From: the human T2T-CHM13v2.0 reference genome, Homo sapiens
Length of the DNA: 64,000 nt
Reading direction: 5' to 3' (one strand)
NCBI RefSeq assembly: GCF_009914755.1
Contig: NC_060937.1
Part shown: positions 41,695-58,823 of the stretch, piece by piece
How positions within the stretch are numbered: position 1 is the first letter of the stretch
Layout of the letters: each line of letters opens with the position of its first letter
Made by a program: the position numbers and the translations under genes
The notes under the pieces: generated by a model
The model's input: only the letters and a program-made list of their open reading frames with translations
What the model was told of the DNA's origin: nothing
The model's database searches: none

Positions 41695-43167
41695 TGAAAA
41701 CCACCAGTACAATATTGAATAGAAGGGGCAATGGCAGACATTGCTGTCTTATTCCCATCTCAGAGGAAAGCTTTCAGTCTTTCACCCTGAGTATAATGTC
41801 AGCTGTGGGCTTTTTCTAGGTGCTCTTTTTAGGCTGGGGATCAGCATTGACTCTTGATTCCTTATCCGCAGTTACTGCCAATCAATCCTGAAGTCCTGAT
41901 AATTTTATCTCAATATATTCCTTGTAGTTTTTCCCTTCCATACTCATCCTCAATGCCCAGGTTTAGATCCTCATCACCTCTTGCCTAAACTGTAAGGCCT
42001 TTGGGGTACGTAGGGTCTATGTGCATATATGTTTTACTTACCAAAAAAAGTTACATTCATTAAACAAAACCAAAATGCTGTGGAAAATGAAGACAAGAAC
42101 AGGCAGCAGCTACCAGAAATAAAAATATCCTTGCCAAAACAAAAACAAAAACCAAACCAAAAACAGTGGGAAGAGCAGGAGGATAAAATCAAGGCAATCT
42201 CCAAGAATAAAGCAAAAACACAGGAAGAAGAGATAAATCAAATGGAGGAACTTCTGTTTCATCAGCATAATGGGTCTGCTATTTCCAACAGTCCTGAATG
42301 AAACAACTAAACTCTGGATAAAATATTTAAAAGAATTTTTTTTGGTAAATGTGTTGCTGAGAGAAGAATAAAATGTTACCAAAATGATGTAGATCATTCC
42401 AGCAGATTAAAAAACAGATGTTTTTAAGTATATGGTCATATTCACTGTATTTTTCTATTTGTTTTCATCTATTTCTTGGATAGATTGTTTTCTCCCTGCC
42501 TTCAATCTCTGTACCCCCCATCTATCACCCATACTGAAACCTTAACTTTTTGCCTGCAGCTTATATCTGCTCATGTCGCTTCTCTGCTTACAAACTTCAA
42601 ACCTCTAAGGCCTCCCTATTCCCTCCCCAGTCATACATAAGCCTCTGAGCAGACATAAAGAACTCTTCAGGACTTGATCCCAGTCTGATTTTCAACCCCC
42701 AAACAACAGCCCCTCCCTTCTGTTCCAAGTTCCCTATCATCAAGCAACCAGGACTAATATATTCTCTAACCACTTTCTATCATACCTTACCTGTTCCTCA
42801 CTCCCTCCTCCCTACTGTGGCTTAAGCTAGGGTAAAATCTGAAGCAGAAGCAACTAAGCCCAGATTAATGGTCATTTCTGACTCCACGAGGCAAAATTCA
42901 ACACTTCTCTATTTATAATAGTGTTCTCACAGCACTGCATTGTATCATTTTTCACACTGTCTTGTACATGTATATATCATCCATCCTGAAAGATGTCATT
43001 CAAATGAATTAACACACATGAGGAGAAGTGGTGGTGGGATTAAATAAAAGTTGTGGTTTTAGTGTTCTAAATAATTTAGTTCTAAAACATCTCTATCGGA
43101 AAAAGGTTTTATGGTTGACTTGGGAAAGAAAGTAGAATAAGCAAAATCACTGGGCAGGATAAGTTAA

Positions 43168-43450
43168 CATGGAGATTTTTCAAACTGTGCACCATTATCT
43201 ACTAATGGTTTGTAAAATCTGTACAGTAGCTTGTGACCTGCATTAAAAAAAAAAAGAAGAAAATGGGACAGAAAATATATAGTGCACAGCACAGAGGGTA
43301 ACTTTAGATTTGTGGTACTTTTGTTTCAGTTTCACTCCCACATACATGTACATATACACCTAAATGTACATACATGTATCTGTACAATAGATCATAATGT
43401 AAAATGCATTTCTTACTGCAGGTTTGCTCAAAATGCTTAAACGCCAGTGA
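43168..43450. mobile_element. Old hAT-Charlie MITE
   Basis: ttcaaactg ... gtgacctgcatt ... cttttgtttcagtt ... aatgtaaaatgcatttcttactg; subfamily uncertain. Confidence 0.5.
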
Positions 43451-45139
43451 GTAAACAGTTCAAGGACAGATTAAAAAATCAGTGCTACTAAAGTAAAAAG
43501 AGAAGTCAAGGATATAAAGGCAGGTGAAAATGCTTAAGATGGGTGATCTCGTGGCTTATTCTGACTTTACCCATGGGGCAAGTGGACCATAAACACAGCA
43601 ATGGCTGCTGTGGCTCTCAACTCTGAGCACTTTAAAGTATTTGTGTTTCTCTAACATGGTAGCATCAGAATGCAGGGCAAGTCCCAGTGATGTGCAAGTC
43701 TCTACTGATCTTGCTTCTGTTGTTCCTGTCTTCATGATGCACTTAAAATCTGGTTATCATCTAAACAGAACAAAAGGAGTCATAGGTTGTAGGTTAAACT
43801 TATAAACTATGTTTTGCTAACCATTCTGAGATGCACCATCCTAGAAAATAAAAGACAGTGAATTTCTGAAGTAATCATAATGAACAAATAGAGGATGTGA
43901 AAGTAATTCAGATTACTGTGTTACAGTATTGTACCACAGTTAATTTCCTGGGTTTGACGGTACACATGGTTACACAGAATGTTATCACTGGGGAAGCTGG
44001 GTGAAAGGTACTTTGCAACTTACGAACATAAACTATTTTGAGATAAGAAGTTATTAAAAAATAAGATTAGAGTGTTTTGTGAATTCCAAGGATTAGTCCA
44101 ATAGACTAGTTTGAGATTGACTCCACTGCAGTAATCATGTTTATTACTCACTACTGATGAGCTTAGAGCTGAATTACCTTATTTCAAATAAGCAAACTCC
44201 ACTGCACCTAGTGTTACTCTACTTGCCTTCAGTACTGTGCTTCTCTAAACTAACTGTGGCAGCATATTATTCTCTAAAATATTTTAATGTATTTCTTTAT
44301 TCATGTTCATTTAAATTCAATCAGGACAGAGTGTTCAACTTCTTAGAGGACATACTAAGTTTTAAGAGGGAAAATGGGTTAGAAAAAGTGGTTATGAAAT
44401 AAATGTAAACTATCATTTGATTTATAGACATCTATTGCTTCCATTTAAAGGACTTAGCAGTATGAAAGGATTGTTTAGACGTACTTTGGCTTAAGTGGGA
44501 AAAACTTATGGCTGCAATTGTATAAATCATTTCAAATACTGTTTGATTTTAGCTTTTGAGTGTCTGAGTTTTTCTAAATGTTCTGAGAAAGTCTGGTTCA
44601 CTTTTCACTCTCCATAAATCAGCAAGTATTTCAAAGCTTCCCCAAGACACAAAAAAACATACACATGTGAAAAGAACGATTGCATCATCACTAAGTTAGG
44701 AATTTGAAGATAATGTATGTTAAAGAAAGCAAATAACTGCTTTCTTTTATAATTATTAAATATATACATTACAAATCATGATGTGTGCAAGACACCAAGA
44801 TAAACTATTCTAGCACATTAATAATCACATATGGTCATGGAAGGCTGTTGGGGGCACGAATCACCATAACCATGCTCAAGCAACTAGCTGTGCATTATCA
44901 TGGGGACCCCTGGTGGCCTGGCCAATGGCTAGCCTTGGGGAGCAGAGACTCCCTCAAAACTCACTAATGAAAGAATGCTGAACACACAGATTCCCATCAA
45001 TTTTGGTCTATTTGTTTTTCTTGCTTTGACACATCCTATGTGCAACTGATTTTATTTACACATACCATTTTTATCATGTCAATTACCCGTTTTTTTCAAT
45101 TCCCCTTTCAAGCTCTACATTATTTTATTATACTGACAA

Positions 45140-45275
45140 TAATAATAATAATAATAATACATGACATCTGCTTAGTGTTTACTGGGTGCCAGGCACTGGG
45201 CTAAGTGCTTTGATCATACATTATTTCAGTCATAGTCCTGTGATTTAGATATCACCATCTTACTGATGAAGATCT
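45140..45275 (-). mobile_element. MIR fragment with (AAT)n
   Basis: tagtgtttactgggtgccaggcactgggctaagtgcttt. Confidence 0.65.
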
Positions 45276-45549
45276 CACGCCTAGCTCACCTGATTCTACA
45301 ACACCACACTCTACAGTATGCCTGAATTATCCATCATATCTGATTAATCTCACTCTCCTCAGAGGAGCCACCTCTACTCATGTTGTAACTCCTCCACACA
45401 GAGCTTCAGCTTTGTACAACCTGTTTCCACACATAACTTTCTCAATCCTTTCTTGTTAATTTGAATATGCCCACTCTTTATCCTGGAATGTTCTCTTCTC
45501 TCAAGTACACACACTAGCACTCTTTCAAACCATAGGTCAAACCAGAAAC

Positions 45550-45896
45550 ATGCCAAATAAGGATGTTTGCCTTTTCTATTATTATTTAGCAACAGTTTGA
45601 AAGTTCAAGCCATTGAATCAGCTGAGGACAAACAGAAACGTACAGCTATTGGAAAGCAGCAGCAAAAATGTTATTTACAAATGTTGTGAGCGATGTGTAT
45701 GTAGAAAACCCCGAAATTGTGGCAGGTATCAAAGATAGTATGTTTTCATTAGAATTTCCAGCCACAAAAATCAACAAATGAAAACAAGTAACTTCCTTAT
45801 GTATCAGTGATAATCAGCTAGAAAAAGGTGGGAGGATAAACATCCCATTCACAACAACAAAAAACCATAAAACAAATACATTTAAAAAGGTGTATG
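45550..45896 (+). mobile_element. Old L1M ORF2 remnant, left part (host of the young L1)
   Basis: Degenerate RT-region similarity (tatgtagaaaacccc, aaaatcaac, atcccattcacaacaacaa); resumes after 52110. Confidence 0.6.
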
Positions 45897-46351
45897 GGGG
45901 GGGCAGTTCCAAGATGGACGAACAGGAACAGCTCCAGTCTACAGCTCCCAGCGTGAGTGACGCAGAAGACGGGTGATTTCCACATTTCCAACTGAGGTAC
46001 TAGGATCATCTCACTGGGGCTCGTCGGACAGTAGGGGCAGGACAGTGGGTGCAGCCCACCGAGTGTGAGCCAAAGCAGGGTGAGGCATCGCCTCACCCAG
46101 GAAGCACAAGGGGTCAGGGGATTCTCTTTCCTAGCAAAGGTAAGGGGTGGCAGATGGCACCTGGAAAATCGGATCACTCCCACCCTAATACTGTACTTTT
46201 CCAACGGTCTTAGCAAACGGCACACGAGGAGATTATATCCCGCGCCTGGCTCAGAGGTTCCCACACTCACAGAGCCTCGTTCATTGCTAGCACAGCAGTC
46301 TGAGATTGATCTGCAAGGCAGCAGCGAGGCTGGGGGAGGGGCGCCCACCAT
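45818..46351 (-). CDS. L1 ORF0-like antisense ORF, 177 aa, extending past the element's 5' end
   Basis: ATG at 46351 in gcaATGG context; MVGAPPPASLLPCRSISDCCASNERGSV resembles primate L1 ORF0. Translation not shown. Confidence 0.4.
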   Translation of the reverse strand: MVGAPPPASLLPCRSISDCCASNERGSVSVGTSEPGAGYNLLVCRLLRPLEKYSIRVGVIRFSRCHLPPLTFARKENPLTPCASWVRRCLTLLWLTLGGLHPLSCPYCPTSPSEMILVPQLEMWKSPVFCVTHAGSCRLELFLFVHLGTAPPIHLFKCICFMVFCCCEWDVYPPTFF

Positions 46352-46923
46352 TGCTGAAGCTTTGAGTAGGCAAACAAAGTGGCCAGGAAGCTGGAACTGG
46401 GTGGAGCCCACCTCAGCTCAAGGAGGCCTGCCTCAGTAGACTCCACCTCTGGGGGCAGGACATTGCCAAACAAAAGGCAGCAGAAACCTCTGCAGACTTA
46501 AATGTCCCTGTCTGACAGCTTTGAAGAGAGTAGTGGTTCTCCCAGCATGGAGTTTGAGATCTGAGAACGGACAGACTGCCTCCTCAAGTGGGTCCCTGAC
46601 CCCCGAGTAGCCTAATTGGGAGGCACCCCCCAGTAGGGGCAGACTGACACCTCACACGGCCGGGTACCCCTCTGAGACGAAGCTTCCAGAGGAATGATCA
46701 AGCAGGAACATTTGCTGTTCAGCAATATTTGCTGTTCTGCAGCCTCCGCTGCTGATACCCAGGCAAACTGGGTCTGGAGTGGACCTCCAGCAAACTCCAA
46801 CAGACCTGCAGCTGAGGGTCCTGACTGTTAGAAGGAAAACTAACAAACAGAAAGGACATCCACACCAAAACCCCATCTGTACATCACCATCATCAAAGAC
46901 CAAAGGTAGATAAAACCACAAAG
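45897..46923 (+). promoter_or_regulatory. L1 5' UTR with sense and antisense promoters; YY1-type motif; retains the ZNF93-bound segment
   Basis: caagatgg near the 5' end; ~128-bp segment 46668-46795 that L1HS lacks. Confidence 0.8.
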
Positions 46924-47940
46924 ATGAGGAAAAAACAGAGCAGAAAAGCTGAAAATTCTAAAAATCAGAGCGCCTCTCCCCCTCCAAAGGAACACAGCTC
47001 CTCACCAGCAACGGAATAAAGCTGGATGGAGAATGACTTTGATGAGTTGAGAGAAGAAGGCTTCAGATGATCAAACTTCTCCGAGCTAAAGGAAGATGTT
47101 CAAACCCATTGCAAAGAAGCTAAAAACCTTGAAAAAAGATTAGACGAATGGCTAACTAGAATAACCAGTGTAGAGAAGTCCTTAAATGACCTGATGGAGT
47201 TGAAAACTACGGCACAAGAACTACGTGACGAATGCACAAGCTTCAGTAGCCCATTCGATCAACTGGAAGAAAGGGTATCAGTGATTAAAGATCAAATGAA
47301 TGAAATGAAGCGAGAAGAGAAGTTTAGAAAAAAAAGGGTAAAAAGAAATGAACAAAGCCTCCAAGAAATAAGGGACTATGCGAAAAGACCAAATCTACGT
47401 CTGATTGGTGTACCTGAAAGTGACGGGGAGAATGGAACCAAGTTGGAAAACACTCTGCAGGATATTATCCAGGAGAACTTCCTGAACTTAGCAAGGCAGG
47501 CCAACATTCAAATTCAGGAAATACAGAGAACACCACAAAGATACTCCTCGAGAAGAGCAACTCCAAGACACATAATTATCAGATTCACCAAAGTTGAAAT
47601 GACGGAAAAAATGTTAAGGGCAGCCAGAGAGAAAGGTCGGGTTACCCACAAAAGGAAACCCATCAGACTAACAGCAAATCTCTTGGCAGAAACTCTACAA
47701 GCCAGAAGAGAGTGGGGGCCAATATTCAACATTCTTAAAGAAAAGAATTTTCAACCCAGAATTTCATATCCAGCCAAACTAAGCTTCATAAGTGAAGGAG
47801 AAATAAAATACTTTACAGACAAGCAAATGCTGAGAGACTTTGTCACCACCAGGCTTGCCCTACAAGAGCTCCCAAAGGAAGCACTAAACATGGAAAGGAA
47901 CAACTGGTACCAGCCACTGCAAAAACATGCCAAATTGTAA
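46924..47940 (+). pseudogene. L1 ORF1p (338 codons) with two nonsense codons
   Basis: ATG 46924; TAA at codon 32 (47017) and TGA at codon 49 (47068); downstream 248 aa keep coiled-coil/RRM/CTD motifs (RPNLRLIG, ARREW, YPAKLSF). Confidence 0.95.
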
Positions 47941-47988
47941 AGACCATCGATGCTAGGAAGAAACTGCATCAACTAGCGAGCAAAATAA

Positions 47989-51861
<3,873 letters not shown>

Positions 51862-52110
51862 ACAATGAGAACACTTGGACATCATACACCGGGGCCTGTC
51901 TTGGGGTTGGGGGAGGGGGGAGGGAAAGCATTAGGAGATATACCCAATGTAAATGACGAGTTAATGGGTGCAGCACACCAACATGGCACATGTATACATA
52001 TGTAATGAACCTGCACATTGTGCACATGTACCCTAGAACTTAAAGTATAATAAAAAAAAAAAAAGAAAAAAAGAAAGAAGTCCTCTAAAAAAAGAAAAAA
52101 AGGGTGTATG

Positions 52111-53400
52111 AGGGACTTCTAAGAAGAACATATATGATAGTATGCTAGCAATAGGCAGGTAAATCGAACAGTAAAAATTTCATATTAAAAATCCATCAAC
52201 AATCAATTAAAAACTTCACAAATGATTATCCAGCCTGGGCAAGAACATCTGAGACAGAAGGCTGAGAAACAAATCTTGTTGCATATGAAAACCTAGTATC
52301 TGACAAAAAAATACCTTTTCAAATCAGTGGGGAAAAGACGAATTATAACGATGTAGAGACACTAAATCTGCCAGTGACTCACGTCTGTAATCCTAGCACT
52401 TTGGGAGGCTAAGGCGAAAGGACCCTTTAAGCCCAGGAGTTGAAAACCAGACTGAGCAACATCGTGAGACCCTGTCTCTACAAAAAACAGTAATAAAAAA
52501 AAATTAACCAGGCATGGTGGCACATGCCTGTAGACCCAGCTACTCAGGAGGCTGAGGTGGGAGGACTGCTTGAGCCCGGGATGTCAAGGCTGCATTGAGC
52601 CATGACTAAGCCCCTGCATGCCAGCCTGGGCAACAGAGTGAGGACCGTATCTTAAAAAAGACAAGAAAAACTAAAGCTGGTTCCAAATTTCATACTTTAC
52701 ATCAAAACAAATTTACATAAGTAAAGATTTAATGTGAAAAATAAAATCATAAATACTAGAAGAAAATATAGGCAAAAATTTAAATAATCTTAGATAAGAA
52801 GTTCTCTTTAAGCATAACAGGAAACGGAAAAAGTCTAATAGATTTAATTAAAGCTATCAACAACATACAAGCAAAACAACAAAAATAAAATCTTTTCGAT
52901 GTTAAAAAATCATAAAAGATGAAAGACAAATAACAAAATAGGGGAAATACGTATATCAAGAAGGATAAATGATTAACATTTTCATAAAAATCAATAGCAA
53001 AAGAAAGATCAACATAAACATGGGAAAATAATAAAAATAGGCATTTCACTCCCCATATAGTTGGTAAAAAGAAAAAAAAATAAAGAGTGACTTTACTAGT
53101 AATACATGAATTGCAAGCACAACTAAGTTAGCATTTGTGGAGCATCAGATTGGCAAAAATTAAAATCAGCAGTGAGGGTTGTCAAAAGAAAACTACCTAA
53201 TCTATTGCACAACTTTGCAACGTGTCTGGGAACATCAACTTTGCTTACCTTTTGGCCCAGCAGTACACTGTTACGAACTTATTTTAAGGCTAAAGTAGTC
53301 AAGTGCACAGAGTTATGCAGACCTTCTATAATAACGAAAAAGGAGTACACAATCTTGAACACAAGGAGGGTCTGGGGCAAGATTTCAGAGCAAGCAGAGT
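52111..53400 (+). mobile_element. Old L1M ORF2/3' remnant, right part, interrupted by an Alu
   Basis: aaatcagtggggaaaagac, tactagaagaaaatatagg, catcagattggcaaaaatt, ttggcccagcagtacactg. Confidence 0.7.
52370..52660 (+). mobile_element. Alu (AluJ-like)
   Basis: Diverged dimer, slightly 5'-eroded. Confidence 0.93.
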
Positions 53401-53603
53401 GAATGTGAATACTAACTTCAACTAGGAGCAGAAGTCACACATGGGAGACAAACCAGGGGTGATGGGAACGCCACAGCTTGACACGCAGGTAAGTGGCAAG
53501 CAGATTGCTCAGTGCAAAGTATCCACACGTTGTGTCTGACACACAGTGGTAAAGGTCTTAGGAAAATGTCTGATGAACAAAAATGTACAAAGTTTAAACT
53601 ACA

Positions 53604-53981
53604 CATCTTAGTTTGGGCTGCTATAACAAAATACCATAGACTGGGTGGCTTAAACAATAGAAGTTATTTCTCATAGTTCTGGAGGCTGGGAAGTGCAAGA
53701 ATCCAGGCACCAGCAGATCCAGTGTCTGATGACGGCCTGCTTCCAGTGTGGAGATGGCAGTTTGCTTGCTGCATCCTCACATGGTAGGGTGGGGGGAGAG
53801 AGAGCAAGAGCAAGAGACGGGGAGAGGGAGAGAGAGAGAGAGAGAGAAGACAGAGAGAGAGAGAGCACAGCAGGAGTGCACATGCTTCTCCTGTCTCTTC
53901 TTCTAAGGCACTAATCCCTTCATGAGGGCTCTATCTTCATATCCTAAAGATCTCCCAAAGGTCCCACCTCCTCACACCATC
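53604..53981 (-). mobile_element. MaLR LTR (MLT1A-like) containing a (GA)n tract
   Basis: cttagtttgggctgctataacaaaataccatagactgggtggcttaaac ... cactaatcccttcatgagggc. Confidence 0.85.
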
Positions 53982-54710
53982 CTATTCATTTTCATTTATT
54001 GATTTATGTGTGTTTTATCCAGGCAAATAACACACTTTCTCTTTCTCTCGTGTCCCCTACCACGGCACTTCCAGGGAGTGCTCTGCAGTGAATGATTGCT
54101 CAGCATTGCGAAAAGTCTAGTTACCACCTCCAAGAATATCTCTTTTAGGATGCAGCTTTTCCGACGCAAGTGAGTTTGCATTCTCTATCTCCAAGATCAT
54201 TTAAAGGAGAGGGAAAGAATTTAGGCTCTAGGGAAATGGATGTTATATCTAGAACTAAAGCCATGATGACAGGAAATTTCTACTCTGAGCCCAAGTTAAG
54301 TTTAGTCCTGATCCTCCACCTCAGCTGCACTCTCCAGGTAAAAAAGGGTCCCTATGATTACTATCATTTCCATGAGCGTGGCCTCTTTAATGGTTCACAG
54401 AGAACTGAATGGCCATACCACTGGGAGTCAGCTGGAGGAGGGTGGGTGTGCATATGTTTGTGTGTTTCCTCTTCTGATTTTAGAAGGAATACATGCTCAT
54501 TAGAGAAAAAATGGAATACTGTGAAAAATATAAAAAAGGAAACTCCCACCCTTAATCCACGTGTGTGATCAATATTTGCTAATGTTTCAAAGTTTTCTTC
54601 AGTCTATTTTAAAAAGACAAAATCACACTATGTATACTTTCCTATCAGTTTTTCCCTAAACTTATTTATGAATTCTTTCTAAACATGAATGACTGCATAT
54701 TATTTCATAT

Positions 54711-55092
54711 GGGCCATATTAGGCTATGCTATGTTACAATGTGATCACATGAACCCTAAAATCTCTGTGTTTGCTCCTTGAGCATACAACATGTCATCAC
54801 AGGTCAGTGGGCCCGTCTCGCACTATCAGTATTTAGGAACCCATGTTCTCAGGACCTCCACCAACTGGAATGTCATTGACTGCTGAACCAAGGGCAGGAG
54901 ATGTGGACAACTGTATAGTAGCTCTCGAAGGCCACAGCCTAGGAATGATACACATCACTTCTGCTCACATTTCTTTGGTCATATTAAGTCACAAGGCCAC
55001 AAATAACTGCAAGGGGCATGAAAGTGCAATTCTACCATGGGGCAGAGATAGGAGAGCTGGATTACTAGTGAGCAGGCCTAGTGACAACCACA
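54711..55092 (-). mobile_element. Old MaLR LTR (MLT1K/L-like)
   Basis: ttaggctatgct ... cacatcacttctgctcacatttctttggtc ... aactgcaaggggcatgaaagtg ... gacaaccaca. Confidence 0.65.
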
Positions 55093-55329
55093 TGATGCGC
55101 ACTAGTTTATCTAGCCATTCCTTGAATGCTGGATTCTTTCCAATGTTTTTGTACATGTTATGATGATCAGTTCACCAAGCTTTATTGGATTTCTATTTAT
55201 TCCTTTAGAACAAATTCTTAAATGTTACATTATTGGCTTAAGGGATATGTAAACTCTTCAGGTTCTTGGTCCCTCCTTTTAAACAAATTTATCCTTTTAT
55301 GAACAAATATAAAATTATCTATCTCAGTG

Positions 55330-55527
55330 GAGCAATCCTCCTACCTCAGCCTCCCAAGTAGCTGGGACTACAGGCATGCAGCAACATGCCCAGCTAAGTT
55401 TATTTTTTGTAGAGACATGGTCTCGTCATGTTGCCCAGGCTGGTCTTGAACTCCTGGGCTCAAGCAATCTGCCCACCTTGCCTTCCCAAAGTGCTGGGAT
55501 TACAGGTGTGAGCCATTGCACCTGGCC
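55330..55527 (-). mobile_element. Partial Alu (AluJ-like)
   Basis: Left arm plus part of right arm, reverse orientation. Confidence 0.9.
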
Positions 55528-56797
55528 AATGTTGGGATTTTTAAAAAATTGTTCTTCTGTTGTCATTGTTTTATTTGTATGAGCTCTTTATGCAGCAAAA
55601 CGTAAACCATATGTCACAGATGTTATAATTTAAAAAAACCAGTTTGTTTGCCAGTACATTTTATTCATCATGTTTTATGAGAGAAGTTCAAATCTACTAC
55701 TCTTTGCATTTGTGATTTCTTCCATTTCTATTACATTTACCAACCTTCTCTAAATGAAAAAGAGCTATCTGTCTATAGAAGCCTTTTTTAATGGCTTATG
55801 TTTTTCCATTTAAATGTTTACTCTATCTGGAATTTACTTCATGACAGTAAAATAGAGTAACAGAAAGAGCTCCAGTCCAAATGTCAGGCAATGTGTGTAC
55901 TAATTCTGCCCGGAACACCTTAGGTAAATGCCTTAATCCTCAGTCTATTCTGGCCCCATAGCATTACTCCAAAGTTTGGAAAGCTACGCAAAGCTTCTTA
56001 GCTTCAGCACAAAACTGAACGGTCATCCTGGCCTCTGCATTACCCAGAGTATCAGGTACAAATAAAGAGAAAGAAATACTGTACTTCTATTTGGCAAGCT
56101 AACATAAAAACAGATCTCACTTTCCATGCCCTTCTTGTTGACCCTCAGTTTCTCCCACCTGCCGGGTTTGGGGCTTTCCTCATCCTACGCCCTCGTGCTC
56201 TGCTGGGAATTCCCACCCTCCCCTCTACCCGCACTAGCAGTTCCACTGCGATCAGTCTTGAGACCTTTAACCCTGTGGATACCCATGACTATGGCAGCAC
56301 TGCTCTCCTGGCTGTTCTCTGTATCCACTTTCTGCCCTCTTCTTTTTCCTCCCTTTTCTTCTGCTGAGCTTTCTAAAATCCAGTCATCAGCAAAACCACC
56401 TGTATTTTCCTCTGCCTTCTTTGAAGGTTCCTTTCACCTTTTTATTCTAAAAGAAACCCAGGTCTCTGCTAAGAACCATACTTCCCTTGCAACTTTTTCA
56501 TGACACGGCTGGTTTCTCGCCAAATCCTGCATATGACTGGGTCTGAAGGCAAGTAGGTGTTGGCTCTGGTTTTCACTGCCAGTTCCTTCTCCTTCAGAAC
56601 ACTCCAACTCTGATTTTGCTGACAGTGGACCATAATCCTCTTTACCCTTCACTACTGCAGTCACTAGCAGAAGCGTCCATCCTTCTCACTCACTCCTTGA
56701 AGATTTCTTACTTCTGTTTTACTTCACTCTCACCAATCCTACTCCTGTTAGAATTCTGATGACAGCAATGCCCCCAAAGCTAATCTTTCAAATGTTC

Positions 56798-57270
56798 TGT
56801 GTGGCGGAAAGAATAATGCCCTCTCCTCCAAAGATGTCCACATCCTATCCCTAGAACCTGTGAATGTCACCTTATTTGGGAAAAAAATGGACTTTGCAGA
56901 TGTGATTAAGCTAAAGATCCTGAGGTGAGAAGGTTATCCTGAATTATCTGAGTACGCCCTAGTCAGAACCACAAGGGTCCTTATAAAAGAAAAGCAAGAA
57001 GTAGAAGGAGGGGAGGCAATGTGATGAGGGAAGCAGAGAATGCAGCCTGTGGCCCGGAGCCAGGGCACACCATCTGCCTCATGGAGTGGGGAGAGGCAGG
57101 GACTGGATGCTCTTAGGGGCCTCTGGAAGAAGTCAGCCCTGCTGACATCTTCATTCAGCCCATTAACACTCACTGTGGTCTTCTCCAGAATTCTAAGAAA
57201 ACACATTTTTGCTATATTAAGCCACCAAGTTTGTGGTAATTTGTTACAGCAACAATAGGCAACTAATACT
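56798..57270 (+). mobile_element. MaLR solo LTR (MLT1D-like)
   Basis: aataatgccc ... aaagatgtccacatcct ... gactttgcagatgtgattaag ... gtggtaatttgttacagcaacaataggcaactaatac. Confidence 0.85.
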
Positions 57271-58823
57271 CTGGCCTCTCGACTCCTTGACCTTCTCTTC
57301 TTTAGTGATGATGTTCTTGGCCCTAACTCAGCCTCTCACTCCATGGTTACAATCTAGGCCTTGCCATTACTGTAACTGGAACCCCTTCATAATATCCATT
57401 CCAAGCATTCCTTTGCTCAACAATCACACCCTGTCTTTTCAGCTAACTCTCTAGTACCCTATCTCCAATCCCACTGGGACCTCACAATCCACTTCCAAAT
57501 GTTCACCAGGCCAGAGCTCCCTCATGTGCTCACTGTCCTCTGCCTTGTTAAATCCCACAGTCAGTTGTCACAGTTGCTCTGAATAACCCTCAGGTCCATG
57601 GCCTGCTCTTGGACTATACTCTACATTCACTTGGCAAAACCACAGCCCTGGTGAAAGCTAGGCACCGAGTATGGCCAGGAAAAGCACACAACCATCCCCA
57701 CAGCTCTCTTTTCAAACCAGTGGCACTAACCCCACTTGGGCCCTTAACGTGGCCTGCAATCATAACTCACATCTCCACTCTGCCATCTCTCCCACTCTCC
57801 TTTATACCTGCTCCTCTCTCCTCAAATGCCAGCAGCACTGCCCCATTTGCATGCTCAGCTGGTGCCCTGCTTCCGATTGACTGAGCAAAGCCCCGGAAGA
57901 GGACTTCCACAACACCATCTACCCACTGCTTGCATCTTTGTTCACACACCCTAAAGACGGTTAGGCTGTGCTCTCGGGCTCTACGGGCTAACCCCTCCAC
58001 CCGTACAAAAATCCCTTCCCCTTGTCTATTCTCCCCTGCATCACTGGCTTTTCAGTCTTAATAGATCTTTCCCATTCACTTACACATATTATTCACCTCG
58101 TTAAAAATCCAAATGAAATCAGTCAGTCAAGCAAAAAAACAAAAACAACCTCCCTTTATCTGTACATCTCCTCCAAGTTCAATTTTTCTTCTCTTGCAGG
58201 AAAACACCAGAAGTGCCTCTACTCACTGCCTCCAATTCTTCTCTCTCACTTTACTTGATACCCACTCCATTTAGCCTTTGTCCCACCAACCACTCAACTG
58301 ATAATGTTCTTATCCAGGTCAATAACGACCTTCACCTTGCTAAATCCAATAGTTGTTGCTCAGTTCTCAGCTCTTCTACCCTAAAGGTACCATTTGATAC
58401 AATCACTCACTCACTCTGCCTTGAAACATTTTCTTCAGTTGGTTCCAAGACATTACCCTCTTTTTCCTCCTGCCTCATTGGTGTCTCCCTCTCAATTCAC
58501 CTTTTTTTTTGGTTCCTCCTCACTGTCCCCGCCTCTAAATGTTGGAATGCCCCAAGGCTCATCTTTTAGACAGATTGTTCCCATTTATACTTACTCTTGG
58601 GGTTGATCTCACCCAGTTCCTTGGCTTTTTGATACAATCTGTGTGGGGATGACTCCAAATGGGTATCACCAGCACAGACCAGTCCTCTGAACTTGTACAT
58701 CCAACTACCTATTTGACATCTTTTCTGGTTTGTTTAGTAGACGTCTTAAACTTAGTATTTCCTGATCTTCTGCTCTCCCTTAAGACCTACATTTCCCATA
58801 GTCTTCATAGTCTTCTCCATCTT

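Noticed and set aside
42029-42301. 90-aa K/Q/E-rich ORF
   Set aside because: A-rich composition, resembles a decayed ancient L1/HAL1 ORF1 coiled coil; no gene context.
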